A stretch of 64,000 bases of DNA from Patescibacteria group bacterium. Lineage in GTDB: Bacteria; Patescibacteriota; JACPGU01. The stretch lies in NCBI GenBank assembly GCA_041675145.1, contig JBAYUK010000002.1, positions 152,530-216,529 of the forward strand, read 5' to 3'. A model generated the notes under the pieces. It saw nothing but the letters and a program-made list of their open reading frames with translations. It made no database searches and had not been told where the DNA came from. The position numbers and the translations under genes were made by a program. This document shows positions 10,215-19,242 of this stretch, piece by piece (the stretch's first letter is position 1; every line of letters starts with the position of its first letter).

Positions 10215-10440
10215 ATCTACCCTAGACCGAGACCCCTCAGATTACATAACTTACAACCTACTGGAAAAGACCTCAACTGACCCAATACTGGAGGTTCTTG
10301 ACCGAAGTAGCCAGTTGTCTAGGGCACCCGAGAGCCTGTCCTGAGCCTGTCGAAGGAAGACCGGTCAGGAGCCCTACTAGGCTACAGAATCTCTGTAAAG
10401 TCTAGATAAGAAAAACCACCTCATATGGGTGGTTTTTCTT
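10215..10440 (+). repeat. copy A of the island repeat family (5' module + 3' module with expanded variable loop + terminator)
   Basis: ctagaccgagacccctcagattacataacttacaacctactggaaaag..ctcaactgaccc..tggaggttct.gaccga ... agggcaccc..ggtcaggagccctactaggctacagaa ... aaagtctagataagaaa + hairpin ccacctcatatgggtgg + TTTTT. Confidence 0.85.
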
Positions 10441-10466
10441 TATAATTGTGGGTGGTTTTGGTATAG

Positions 10467-11088
10467 TATGCTTATTACACAGAAGATACTTAGTAGTAAT
10501 ACTGAAAACAAAATGATAACTAATTACGTTTCAGATATTGATAGTTGGGAGAAGTGGGAAAAAGAGTATCGTTATGGTCTTATCCTAGTCATGCCGCCAG
10601 AACCCACCTTCTCGATGGTTAATTCTCTTCGCGCAAAATATGATCCGAAATCCCAAGCTAGTTGTGATGCACATATTAGTTTATCAGTTCCAATCCCAAG
10701 ACCTGTAACTGAAGAAGATTGGGAAGAGTTACAAAACATCGCTTCAAAAATTGAACCATTTGAGATTAATTATGGTAAGCCCAAGGACTATCCGCCCTAT
10801 CCAGGAGTCGCTTATCCATTAGAAGACCAAACAGAATTAAATTCGGTGCGAGAGAAGATTGAAGCCGCTTCGTTATTTTCAGATGCTAAACCGAGAAAGT
10901 TTCCATTTAACCCACATATGACAATTGCAGAGTTTATCTCGAAAGAAGAAACCGTAGAGTTGTTAAAAGAACTAGAAAATAAAACGACTGCTGGCAGTTT
11001 TATGTGTGATGGGCTGGTTTATATTGTTCCTGATAAGAATATGTATTTTAATGTAGTGCGTAAACTTAACTTTGGGCAGAAAAAATAA
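10467..11088 (+). CDS. 2H phosphoesterase superfamily protein (LigT-like 2'-5' RNA ligase / cyclic phosphodiesterase)
   Basis: Two H-x-S/T-x motifs, HISLSV and HMTIAEF. The ORF-track start at 10429 lies inside the copy-A terminator hairpin, so the true start is downstream (10467 or 10513). Confidence 0.65.
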
Positions 11089-11204
11089 AGTAATTTGACA
11101 GAGAGATTAGTATTACCATGTAGAGCTTGAAGCTAAAGATGTGATTAGTTTAGTCAAAATAGTTTAGTGTTCCCCACCTTTTATCAATATTAAATTTAAT
11201 AGTA

Positions 11205-12269
11205 GTGAGTAGCTATATAGGAAAAGAATATATTGAAGATACGGAAAAAATAGAAGTACTTATTAAGTATAGTATTAGAGTTCCCGATAAGTTTGGGGAC
11301 TTCAATATGGATCTAAACAGTAGGCTGAAAGTGAGGGAAGGAAATGGAGTTCTATATATTAATATACATAGGAGTATATCGAAAAAACTATTTTCTGTTT
11401 TAGTAGAAGACTTTGCTAGTTCAGCAAAAGGCGATATCAGAGCAGCAGAGCGTTTAGTGCACCTGAGTGGTTATATAATTGGCTATATTCGCCCAACACT
11501 TCCTATTGTAGTTGATGAAATATATAAGAGAAAATATCTAGGGGGTCATATATTAACGCATTCTGTTTCAATGGTAGACGTATTTGATGTTAGTGTGTTG
11601 GATAGCCAAGGAAATGGGGTTGTCCTTGCATGGTGGCCTTCCACTATATCTTCTTTTCCTCCCTCTAGTGTTCTAGCCGCTGTATCAGATGCTGTATATA
11701 TTAGAGATTATATTGAGGTAATGGCAAGCTATTTTAACTACAATATAGATGATGGCATTAGAAGATCTATTACGTCTCTAGAAAATTACTTCATTCACTA
11801 CGGAGTAAAACCTAGTATAAAAAAAGGAAGATATCTTTATATAAAAAGGTTATTTCGCATGAAGGAAAGAAAGTTTAAAAGACTAGTTAACTATTTAGTT
11901 AGCGATAAGTATTACTCTATTAAAGAAAGTCATTTGAGAATACTAAGAAATAATATTTTATATATTTATCATGTCAGAAATAAAATAGTTCATGACAAGA
12001 CTCGAATATCGGCCTCTGATTCGTATATTGCAAAAAAGGCTATAGGTACGTTGTCTTATATTTATCAAAATACTATTACTTCGCAGAATCACTTAGAATA
12101 CATAAAGTCACTCACTCAGCAATTTATCGGTATAGAAGAAATATATTTTGGGATCAATTTAGATGAAATCGAACATCACAGAAGTAATACCAAGAAAGAA
12201 TCAAATTCTGATATAGATGATTTTATGTTTAGCGGCCTGGAGATAACTAAAGCTCAAAAAAAGTTTTAG
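11205..12269 (+). CDS. hypothetical AT-rich protein with C-terminal HEPN-like Rx4H motif (possible abortive-infection-type RNase)
   Basis: GTG start; YHVRNKIVHDKT (R-x4-H); strongly AT-biased codon usage compared with flanking genes. Confidence 0.4.
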   Translation: MSSYIGKEYIEDTEKIEVLIKYSIRVPDKFGDFNMDLNSRLKVREGNGVLYINIHRSISKKLFSVLVEDFASSAKGDIRAAERLVHLSGYIIGYIRPTLPIVVDEIYKRKYLGGHILTHSVSMVDVFDVSVLDSQGNGVVLAWWPSTISSFPPSSVLAAVSDAVYIRDYIEVMASYFNYNIDDGIRRSITSLENYFIHYGVKPSIKKGRYLYIKRLFRMKERKFKRLVNYLVSDKYYSIKESHLRILRNNILYIYHVRNKIVHDKTRISASDSYIAKKAIGTLSYIYQNTITSQNHLEYIKSLTQQFIGIEEIYFGINLDEIEHHRSNTKKESNSDIDDFMFSGLEITKAQKKF

Positions 12270-12279
12270 TAGCTTTATT

Positions 12280-12479
12280 TCACTCTAGACCGAGACCCCT
12301 CAGATTACATAACTTACAACCTACCGGAAAAGCCCTCAACTGACCCGATTGTGGAGGTTCTAGACCGAACTAGCCAGTTGTATAGGGCACCCGATCGAGA
12401 CTGGTCAGGAGCCCTACAAGGTTAGAGGATTAATGTAAAGTCTTGGTAGAAATAATCACCCAAAAAGGTGATTATTTCT
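12280..12479 (+). repeat. copy B of the island repeat family
   Basis: Same 5' and 3' modules as copy A; variable loop cccgatcgagactggtcagg; own terminator aatcacccaaaaaggtgatt + T-tract. Confidence 0.85.
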
Positions 12480-12511
12480 ATGAAAAGTGTTCTGTGTTAG
12501 AATAATCTCAT

Positions 12512-12826
12512 ATGAAAAACGAAGACAAAGAATCTGTTATAGAATGGCTTCAGGTTTTTGGATGGGGAGTATTAGCTCTTTCCCTATTTCTATTCATTGG
12601 ATTTATATATGCGTTAAGAGTATATCCTGGCACAGCATCAGTGTTCTATCTTATCTTTCCTATTGCAGGTTTTGCCTGCTTGATAGACTACGCAGTATTG
12701 TTTCTTATTCGAACCCAATATAGCCAAGGAAGAAAATACTTATTAATTCCAGGCATTTTATTTGTGCTTATAACACTCGTCCTTATTTTGGCATTTGCTG
12801 CAGGGCCACTTATTGGGCTTTTATAG
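12512..12826 (+). CDS. small integral membrane protein
   Basis: 104 aa with three hydrophobic helices; overlapping alternative-frame ORF 12487-12723 rejected. Confidence 0.4.
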   Translation: MKNEDKESVIEWLQVFGWGVLALSLFLFIGFIYALRVYPGTASVFYLIFPIAGFACLIDYAVLFLIRTQYSQGRKYLLIPGILFVLITLVLILAFAAGPLIGLL

Positions 12827-12873
12827 AATTTAGATTGGGCTTATTTTCATTTGACCATGTAGGGTCAGTGACA

Positions 12874-12910
12874 CATAAAACACGCCAAAAGGCGTGTTTT
12901 ATGATATAAT
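12874..12910 (+). promoter_or_regulatory. conserved hairpin (cataaaacacgc-N5-gcgtgttttatg) fused to extended -10 TGaTATAAT
   Basis: Perfect 12-bp stem; the same stem sequence recurs at 17920, 29145 and 29974. Confidence 0.6.
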
Positions 12911-12930
12911 AAATACAATATGCTCGTAAT

Positions 12931-13677
12931 ATGGATAAAAAAATGATTAGCAAAAAATCTATTCTATATATTAGCGCTCTGACTTTATTGCTAGCAATCA
13001 TAGGTGTTGGGTACTTCCTATCGACAAAAAACTCGCAACCGAGCACAACAATTAATACGCTTACTAACTCTAATGGCAATGATGCCTCCAGTGAGGAAAC
13101 TGAAAAAGAGACGGAGCCAGCTACTAATACTCAGACTATGGCCTCAGAAGACGTCAGCGCACAGACTATCAAAAAACTCCCTCTTGGAGGTAGTGTCTTA
13201 CAGGCAAAAAATAAACCAGGATACGAATACTATATTTGGCGAAACAACGAGATCGCCTATAGCGTATTTCATAATAAAGAAAAAAGTGTTAATGGAAATG
13301 CAGAAGGATTTTTCAGTCTTTCAAAAATAGGTCTTCGCCCTATAGCATTTAAGATTTATAAAGTATCAGAGCCAAGTTTAGAGTCATTTATTCAAAATCG
13401 CTACCATGAAGACGCTTCTGGTAATGGAGGGTATGATGGTCTTTTTAAGCTAAATAATCCAGGCAGTTCATTTGAAGAAGTTAAGCCTTTTGCAAAACCA
13501 CAAGGAGTACAAGATGCTCAATATATAAAAATAGGTCAATATGGCAGCGACTTGATGCAAATACACGAAGTCTGCTATATCTATTTCCACTCATATATAC
13601 TTGAAGGTTCATCTTGTCACTATGACGACTATAGTGATTTTATTAATTCTGGAGCTTTCCGGATCTACAAACTATAA
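12931..13677 (+). CDS. exported hypothetical protein (N-terminal signal anchor, S/T-rich linker)
   Basis: ORF with N-terminal TM/signal; internal overlapping ORF 13004-13330 rejected. Confidence 0.5.
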   Translation: MDKKMISKKSILYISALTLLLAIIGVGYFLSTKNSQPSTTINTLTNSNGNDASSEETEKETEPATNTQTMASEDVSAQTIKKLPLGGSVLQAKNKPGYEYYIWRNNEIAYSVFHNKEKSVNGNAEGFFSLSKIGLRPIAFKIYKVSEPSLESFIQNRYHEDASGNGGYDGLFKLNNPGSSFEEVKPFAKPQGVQDAQYIKIGQYGSDLMQIHEVCYIYFHSYILEGSSCHYDDYSDFINSGAFRIYKL

Positions 13678-13694
13678 GCTCACATAAAATCAAA

Positions 13695-13913
13695 ATGAAC
13701 AATATGATAATATTTGGAATTATTGGCCTACTTGGGATCTCCGCTGCCGTCTGGGTCAAAGATGAAAGACGACAGGATATCCTCTTTATTATCGGCGGTG
13801 CTTTTCTGCTCGCCTACAGCATCTACATTAACGATGCGATCTTCATTGCTCTGCAGATTATTTTTATTGTTTCGACCCTCTTTGAGTTAATTAAGATAAA
13901 TAAAACTAAGTAA
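13695..13913 (+). CDS. small membrane protein
   Basis: 72 aa, two hydrophobic helices. Confidence 0.35.
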   Translation: MNNMIIFGIIGLLGISAAVWVKDERRQDILFIIGGAFLLAYSIYINDAIFIALQIIFIVSTLFELIKINKTK

Positions 13914-13957
13914 CTATAGTTATTACATCGGCTGAGAAATAACGCTCAAGCTCTAAC

Positions 13958-15730
13958 CTAAGTTATTCTAACCTTACTTGCTTCATATAGTTCTCTAAAT
14001 AGGCCGCCATTCCTCTTTAGTTTTTCAAATGGACCGTTCTCAATAATGCATCCATCGCTGAGTACTATAATGGTATCGAATGAGTCGAGCATGGAATATT
14101 TGTGTGTTACATAGAGTAGGGTAAGGTCTGGGTATGCCTTCATGATATTTCCAACGACTTCTCGTTCAGTCTTTGGATCAAGGCTGGCAGTTGCCTCGTC
14201 GAGGATCAAGACGGGGTGATTTTGGAAAAGGGCACGTGCTATACCAATACGCTGTCGCTCTCCGCCAGAGATATTTAACGAACCTTCAAATAGCTGTTCG
14301 TCTACTCCCCTTGGTAATTGATTGATAAATTCCCCAAGACAGCAGATTCTTAGTAGCTCGCTTAGTTCTCCATCACTAGGGGACTCTGAGCTTGACGAGA
14401 TGTTTTCTCGTATGGTACCTCGGAATAGTTGCACTTCCTGCGGAACTATGCTAAAAACATCAACAATATCTTTTCCGTTTAGTTTGCGATACTCAATGTT
14501 ATTGATCGTAACCGATCCTTGGTAATCGGTAATTGCTTTTAATATTACATCGAGTAGGGTTGATTTTCCGCCTCCAGTATGTCCGACAATAGCAATCTTC
14601 TCCTTTTCTTTTATTGTGAAACTAGCGTTGGTTAGATTTTCTCGCTCGTCACGAGAGACTCCTACATTAGACAGAGCAAGCTTTTTAAAACGATCCTTGA
14701 GTAGACCTGTTTTTACTAGAGATTGTCCTTCAAGGGGTATAGCAATCTCTTCGTTGAAGCGCTGGAGTGCCGTCGCTCTTTCAGAGAAACTTTCCAAGTA
14801 GCCCACCAGGGTGCCTATCTGCCCCGATAGTTTACCAACGAAGGCAAGAACAACGGTCATAGTTCCGATGGTGAAGTTTCCGTTCATAACATTCGTCACA
14901 CAGAAAATAAATACCAGGATCATAGTCACTTGTTCTAGTTGTCCATTGTTGTACCATTTGCGTAAGCTGCGTCGAATTACTTCGGTACGTTTTTTATATG
15001 ATTCCTCTATTTTTTCTGCGATATCGGCTTGTTGTTTGGCAAATAAGTTAAGATAGAAGACCGTCTTGAAGTTGTTCAAAAATTCGACAATTCCACCCGT
15101 TAGAGCTTCTTCTTTCTTTGACCATTCTATTCTGGCCTTTTCTTCTCTTCTTCCAAATACGATAACATTTACTATCGAGAGTCCTGAGGTTATAAGGAAA
15201 ATAACCAAAATAAGTGGCTTAATAAATGCAGTAGACATCAGAATACCTATCACTGATCCAACAGAGCTTAAGTAGCGATGGAGGATATCGTCAGTCAGAC
15301 GATATATGCTGTCATATGCAGAATCAATAATCTTTAAAAACACCCCGCGATTTTTTAGTTTAAAGAAATCGATCGGAGCATTTTCGAATAATCGGATCGC
15401 GTCGTTTCTGAAGTCTCGGCCAACTTTGGCTGCGATATTGAGACATTTGGATACTGTAATAATGCTTATTGCGGGAGAGATAAACAAGAACACTACATAT
15501 ATTACCAATAGTGTGTAGAGTTCTCTGGAACTGAAATCTCCGGTAGCTAACGCATCAATAATAGCACCGAAAATAATTGGAGTAGCTATTCCAATACCAA
15601 CGAGAATAGTTTGAATAAAAAACCAAAACCAATAGCTCGGATAGCGATTTATATATCGAATGGTGAGCCTGAGGGCGTATAGGTCGTTTTTTGTCATGAT
15701 TATTTGGATTGTATCATAAGATACCCCCAT
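13958..15730 (-). CDS. ABC exporter, fused permease/ATPase (MsbA-like)
   Basis: Walker A GHTGGGKST, signature LSGGERQRIGIARAL, Walker B ILDEATASLD; six N-terminal TM helices. Confidence 0.9.
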   Translation of the reverse strand: MGVSYDTIQIIMTKNDLYALRLTIRYINRYPSYWFWFFIQTILVGIGIATPIIFGAIIDALATGDFSSRELYTLLVIYVVFLFISPAISIITVSKCLNIAAKVGRDFRNDAIRLFENAPIDFFKLKNRGVFLKIIDSAYDSIYRLTDDILHRYLSSVGSVIGILMSTAFIKPLILVIFLITSGLSIVNVIVFGRREEKARIEWSKKEEALTGGIVEFLNNFKTVFYLNLFAKQQADIAEKIEESYKKRTEVIRRSLRKWYNNGQLEQVTMILVFIFCVTNVMNGNFTIGTMTVVLAFVGKLSGQIGTLVGYLESFSERATALQRFNEEIAIPLEGQSLVKTGLLKDRFKKLALSNVGVSRDERENLTNASFTIKEKEKIAIVGHTGGGKSTLLDVILKAITDYQGSVTINNIEYRKLNGKDIVDVFSIVPQEVQLFRGTIRENISSSSESPSDGELSELLRICCLGEFINQLPRGVDEQLFEGSLNISGGERQRIGIARALFQNHPVLILDEATASLDPKTEREVVGNIMKAYPDLTLLYVTHKYSMLDSFDTIIVLSDGCIIENGPFEKLKRNGGLFRELYEASKVRIT

Positions 15731-15763
15731 TTTTAGTATCCTTTATGATATAATGCACACATT

Positions 15764-16840
15764 ATGGCAATCATTATTTCAAAAAACGGCAAGGATGCGA
15801 AAAAAGTAGATAAGTCTACTTTTGATAGAGAAGACTATCTCCAGCAGTATATTTATGACAATCCGGAAAGCATACCGCTTTATGAGATCAGAGAAGATAT
15901 ACGGATGGTGATTCTAGCTCGCGAGTTTAATACAAATAGTGGTCCTATTGATGCTATTGGATTTGATAAAGACGGAGAAATATACATTGTTGAAACAAAA
16001 CTCTACAAGAATCCAGACAAGAGGACAGTTGTCGCTCAAGCACTAGATTATGGTGCTGCCCTCTGGAGACACGCCAACGATTTTAATGTATTTATCGATA
16101 CACTGAATGCATATACGAGCAAGCATTTCCAGCAAAGCGTACAAGAAAAGTTGCAGAATTTCTATGAGATCTCAGAAGATGAATCGTTAAAGATAGTCGA
16201 AAAAGTTCGAACAAATCTCAACGACGGCATATTTCATTTTGTAGTACTCATGGATCAGCTGAGCGATAGACTCAAAGACCTGGTTGTATATGTGAACCAA
16301 AACAGTCAATTTGATATCTATGCAGTCGAACTCGAATATTATCGTCATGAAGAACATGAAATTATTATTCCAAAGATCTTTGGTGCAGAGGTGAAAAAAG
16401 ACATCAAGGTATCTACCTCAAATAGCGCTCGCAAAAGATGGAGTGAAGACGAACTTCTGAATGCCGCAAAAAGCACATTATCTTCTGAGGGATATGCCGC
16501 CTTTGAAAAGTTGTATGTGTTTTCAAAGGAGCATGCGGATAATGTTAGTTTTGGCACTGGTACATCTTCGGGATCATTTAGTCCTATTTTTAGCAGTGTT
16601 TGCCCACGCTCTCTTTTTACACTTCGCACTAACGGCACACTGAGTCTTAACTTCCAATGGATTAATGGCTACGATGGAGCAGAGGAATTCCGCAGTCTGT
16701 ATTTTGATAAGATGAGGCAAATAGGGTTGGACTTGTTGCCTGCTGATATTGAGAAGTACCCAAATTTTTCATTAGACCAATGGCTGCAATACTCTGACAA
16801 TATCCTCGCCGTGTTGAGTGATATTACGAGGTTAAAATAG
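15764..16840 (+). CDS. PD-(D/E)xK nuclease, RecB-family-like
   Basis: PIDAIGFDKDGEIYIVETK (D..D/E-x-K) followed by QALDY (QxxxY motif). Confidence 0.5.
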   Translation: MAIIISKNGKDAKKVDKSTFDREDYLQQYIYDNPESIPLYEIREDIRMVILAREFNTNSGPIDAIGFDKDGEIYIVETKLYKNPDKRTVVAQALDYGAALWRHANDFNVFIDTLNAYTSKHFQQSVQEKLQNFYEISEDESLKIVEKVRTNLNDGIFHFVVLMDQLSDRLKDLVVYVNQNSQFDIYAVELEYYRHEEHEIIIPKIFGAEVKKDIKVSTSNSARKRWSEDELLNAAKSTLSSEGYAAFEKLYVFSKEHADNVSFGTGTSSGSFSPIFSSVCPRSLFTLRTNGTLSLNFQWINGYDGAEEFRSLYFDKMRQIGLDLLPADIEKYPNFSLDQWLQYSDNILAVLSDITRLK

Positions 16841-16907
16841 TTAACTATCAGGACAGTACCCGACCAATAATGGTCGGGATTGTTACATACACCAAGAGCT
16901 TCACACC

Positions 16908-17819
16908 ATGCTAATTATATTTGTAGTTTTTCTCCAGTCTCTATTGTTCGCTATCTTTAATCTAAATATCCGTAAACTTGAGGAGCAAGGGGTTTCTGCC
17001 CATACCATTGCCGGGCTACAACGGTACGCAGTTATCCCGTCAGCCATGCTTTTGCTAGTAACATATAAGCATGAATATCTCTTGATTCTATTACGAAATC
17101 CCGAGTCTTTTTGGTGGATAGCAGGTATCGCATTTTTTTGGGGTATCGCTCAATATATTGGATATACTGTTATTAATTCAGCAAGCTCTCTTTCTATAGT
17201 AAGTACATTTAGTTCGTTAATAGGAATTCCTGTTATGGTGGCAATGGGCGTGTTAATTAATAATGACTATCCAAACCCTTTAATTATTGTTGCTTTGATG
17301 TTGTTGGTTGTGGCAATTATCATCAAGCCTACTCAACATAATGAAAATAAGCTCCATCTTCTCAAATATAGTTTAATTATGGTTATTAGTCTTGTGTTCA
17401 CGAGCAATGTTGGTCATGCGTTAGACGGGGCTCTCTACAAGAATCTTCTTTATGTACTTGATTCGAGAGCGGTGCTCTTTGGTATCTCGGTTTATACGTT
17501 TGTAACTTCGGCAACATTGGGCGTGATATATCTTTTACCGATATTTAGGAAACCATCAAAAGAAGAACAAGCACTAGTTAAAAAACACTTTTTGGTAGCA
17601 TATTCTATACCTGTTTTTTGGTTTATTGCATCAATTCCAGAAGGATACTCATTTGCAAATCTACCATTATTTACCTTGAGCGCGCTCGGTGCGTTTGGTT
17701 TCCTGATCAAGATGTGTTCTGACCTTACAAATAAACGTCTTGCCTGGAGTTGGCGCACCGCTTTATTCATTGCAATTATTATTGCGAGTATTGTTTTCTC
17801 AGCTCTTTCTTTGCAATAA
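16908..17819 (+). CDS. polytopic membrane protein (about 10 TM), function unknown
   Basis: Hydrophobicity pattern only. Confidence 0.45.
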   Translation: MLIIFVVFLQSLLFAIFNLNIRKLEEQGVSAHTIAGLQRYAVIPSAMLLLVTYKHEYLLILLRNPESFWWIAGIAFFWGIAQYIGYTVINSASSLSIVSTFSSLIGIPVMVAMGVLINNDYPNPLIIVALMLLVVAIIIKPTQHNENKLHLLKYSLIMVISLVFTSNVGHALDGALYKNLLYVLDSRAVLFGISVYTFVTSATLGVIYLLPIFRKPSKEEQALVKKHFLVAYSIPVFWFIASIPEGYSFANLPLFTLSALGAFGFLIKMCSDLTNKRLAWSWRTALFIAIIIASIVFSALSLQ

Positions 17820-17919
17820 CTAATTTTTAATAGACCGAGAACTGCCAGTTACTCCTGGCAGCAGACCGAAAGGTCTATTCCGCCAGGTTAGAAATCGTTC
17901 GAGCCCGAGACGGATCGAA

Positions 17920-17960
17920 CACATAAAACACGCTACAATTAGCGTGTTTTATGTTAAAAT
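17920..17960 (+). promoter_or_regulatory. conserved hairpin (acataaaacacgc-N8-gcgtgttttatgt) + extended -10 TGtTAAAAT; ATG of downstream gene 7 nt after the -10 (leaderless)
   Basis: Same stem as 12874, 29145 and 29974; the -10 ends at 17960 and the ATG is at 17967. Confidence 0.6.
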
Positions 17961-17966
17961 AGAATC

Positions 17967-18440
17967 ATGGAGCCATCAAAATCTCAAAGAAAATACGAAG
18001 AACTTCAACGATCCTGTGCCAGGATAGAGGATCTCTATAAGGGTTTGATTATAAATAATGAAGGGCAGGACACTCTTCAATCACCAAAAGATATCTTACT
18101 GAATTTCTTTAGGGTTTGTTATGAGCTGAAAGAAGCTTTAAAAAGAGATCCTACTCTACCTATAGAATTTAAGGATGGGGTCGAGAAGTTTTGGAAAACT
18201 AATAGATATGCTGCGCTTAGCCTTGATGTTGCCAATCAGGAAAAACATATTACTCTTGGCAGTAATAATAAGTCAGGCCATAGGATTGGTAAGATTAATA
18301 CCCAGATACATTCATTATCACCCGACGGAAAGCCTGATCATACTAGAGTAACTATTGAGATAGATGGTGTGGCACAGGATGGTCTAGATCTGGCTAAGAA
18401 AGTTTTACTGGCTTGGAAGGAACTATATGAAAAGATATAG
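17967..18440 (+). CDS. hypothetical protein (first gene of a two-gene cassette)
   Basis: ORF; the stop overlaps the next start. Confidence 0.5.
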   Translation: MEPSKSQRKYEELQRSCARIEDLYKGLIINNEGQDTLQSPKDILLNFFRVCYELKEALKRDPTLPIEFKDGVEKFWKTNRYAALSLDVANQEKHITLGSNNKSGHRIGKINTQIHSLSPDGKPDHTRVTIEIDGVAQDGLDLAKKVLLAWKELYEKI

Positions 18441-19242
18441 AGTATCAAACTTTTATATAAACACAGAAGGAAATCTGCTAAGAAATTTACCCCAAGGCTT
18501 GGGGCCAGATGATGTGAATTACCAATCTTTTGTTGAAAGATATGGAAAAAGGGATTTTGATCAAAAATTGCAACGATATCTAAGCATTGAGAATCCAGTA
18601 CTTTCTGTAGTACAGGATCACATCCCTTTATTAGAAGAGATTAATAACTCATATGTAGCTGGAAATTTTTATTCATGTTTAACGGCCGCATGTTGTCTTG
18701 GAGAGAGAATATTTAATGATGTATTCTTTGCCATAAACGGCGATCATAAATCTTCTGATTGGTATAGAAAATACTGGAATAAGGGGGTAATACAGAACTG
18801 GCCAGATGGAATTAGTATGTTACATGAATGGAAGGTTATAGATGAAGAAACAAGAAAGAAGTATCTACTGCTCTATAAATTGCGAACCTATTCGGTTCAC
18901 TTTCAGAAAAGTGAACAGGACTTCGAGAAGATGTCGTTTGAGGCTATCGAGATAATTAATTGTATCGTCAGAAGAATATTTGGTATGAATGAGTATAGAA
19001 AGGATATACTTATTCATTTCGAAGTTCCAGGAGAGATATTCATAAGAAAAGGAGCTGAGTTGCTGCCTATAGTAAAAGCGTTTTATATACCCGCATCCCA
19101 CAAGTTGGGATATATGTATAAGGTTGAGTCTACTGCAAATCCGGGCCAATATCAGATCACAGATGACAACGAATACGAAAGCAAAGAAATTACGGACGAA
19201 GAATTTGTAGTTTTAAGGAATAACTTCGTTAGTAATCCTTAG
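18427..19242 (+). CDS. hypothetical protein (second gene of the cassette)
   Basis: ORF; 3' end convergent with and overlapping the recombinase stop. Confidence 0.5.
   Translation: MKRYRVSNFYINTEGNLLRNLPQGLGPDDVNYQSFVERYGKRDFDQKLQRYLSIENPVLSVVQDHIPLLEEINNSYVAGNFYSCLTAACCLGERIFNDVFFAINGDHKSSDWYRKYWNKGVIQNWPDGISMLHEWKVIDEETRKKYLLLYKLRTYSVHFQKSEQDFEKMSFEAIEIINCIVRRIFGMNEYRKDILIHFEVPGEIFIRKGAELLPIVKAFYIPASHKLGYMYKVESTANPGQYQITDDNEYESKEITDEEFVVLRNNFVSNP

Noticed and set aside
10215-10320. Whether the 5' module of the repeat is a tRNA or tRNA fragment (since copy E follows a tRNA)
   Set aside because: The segment resembling a T-loop (ggaggTTCTAGAccga) has no complementary T-stem and no acceptor pairing can be drawn, so it is not tRNA-like.
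10320-10370. Resemblance of copy A variable loop (cgaaggaagaccggtcagg) to SRP RNA domain IV
   Set aside because: The GAAGGAAG segment is absent from the other four copies, and a single-copy SRP RNA would not be repeated five times, so the resemblance is coincidental.
10429-10466. ORF-track start of the 2H phosphoesterase at 10429
   Set aside because: The first codons lie inside the copy-A terminator hairpin (gggtggtttttctt), so the start was moved downstream.
12487-12723. 78-aa ORF overlapping the small membrane protein gene in another frame
   Set aside because: Cys/Ser-rich low-complexity translation, whereas the 12512 frame encodes clean TM helices.
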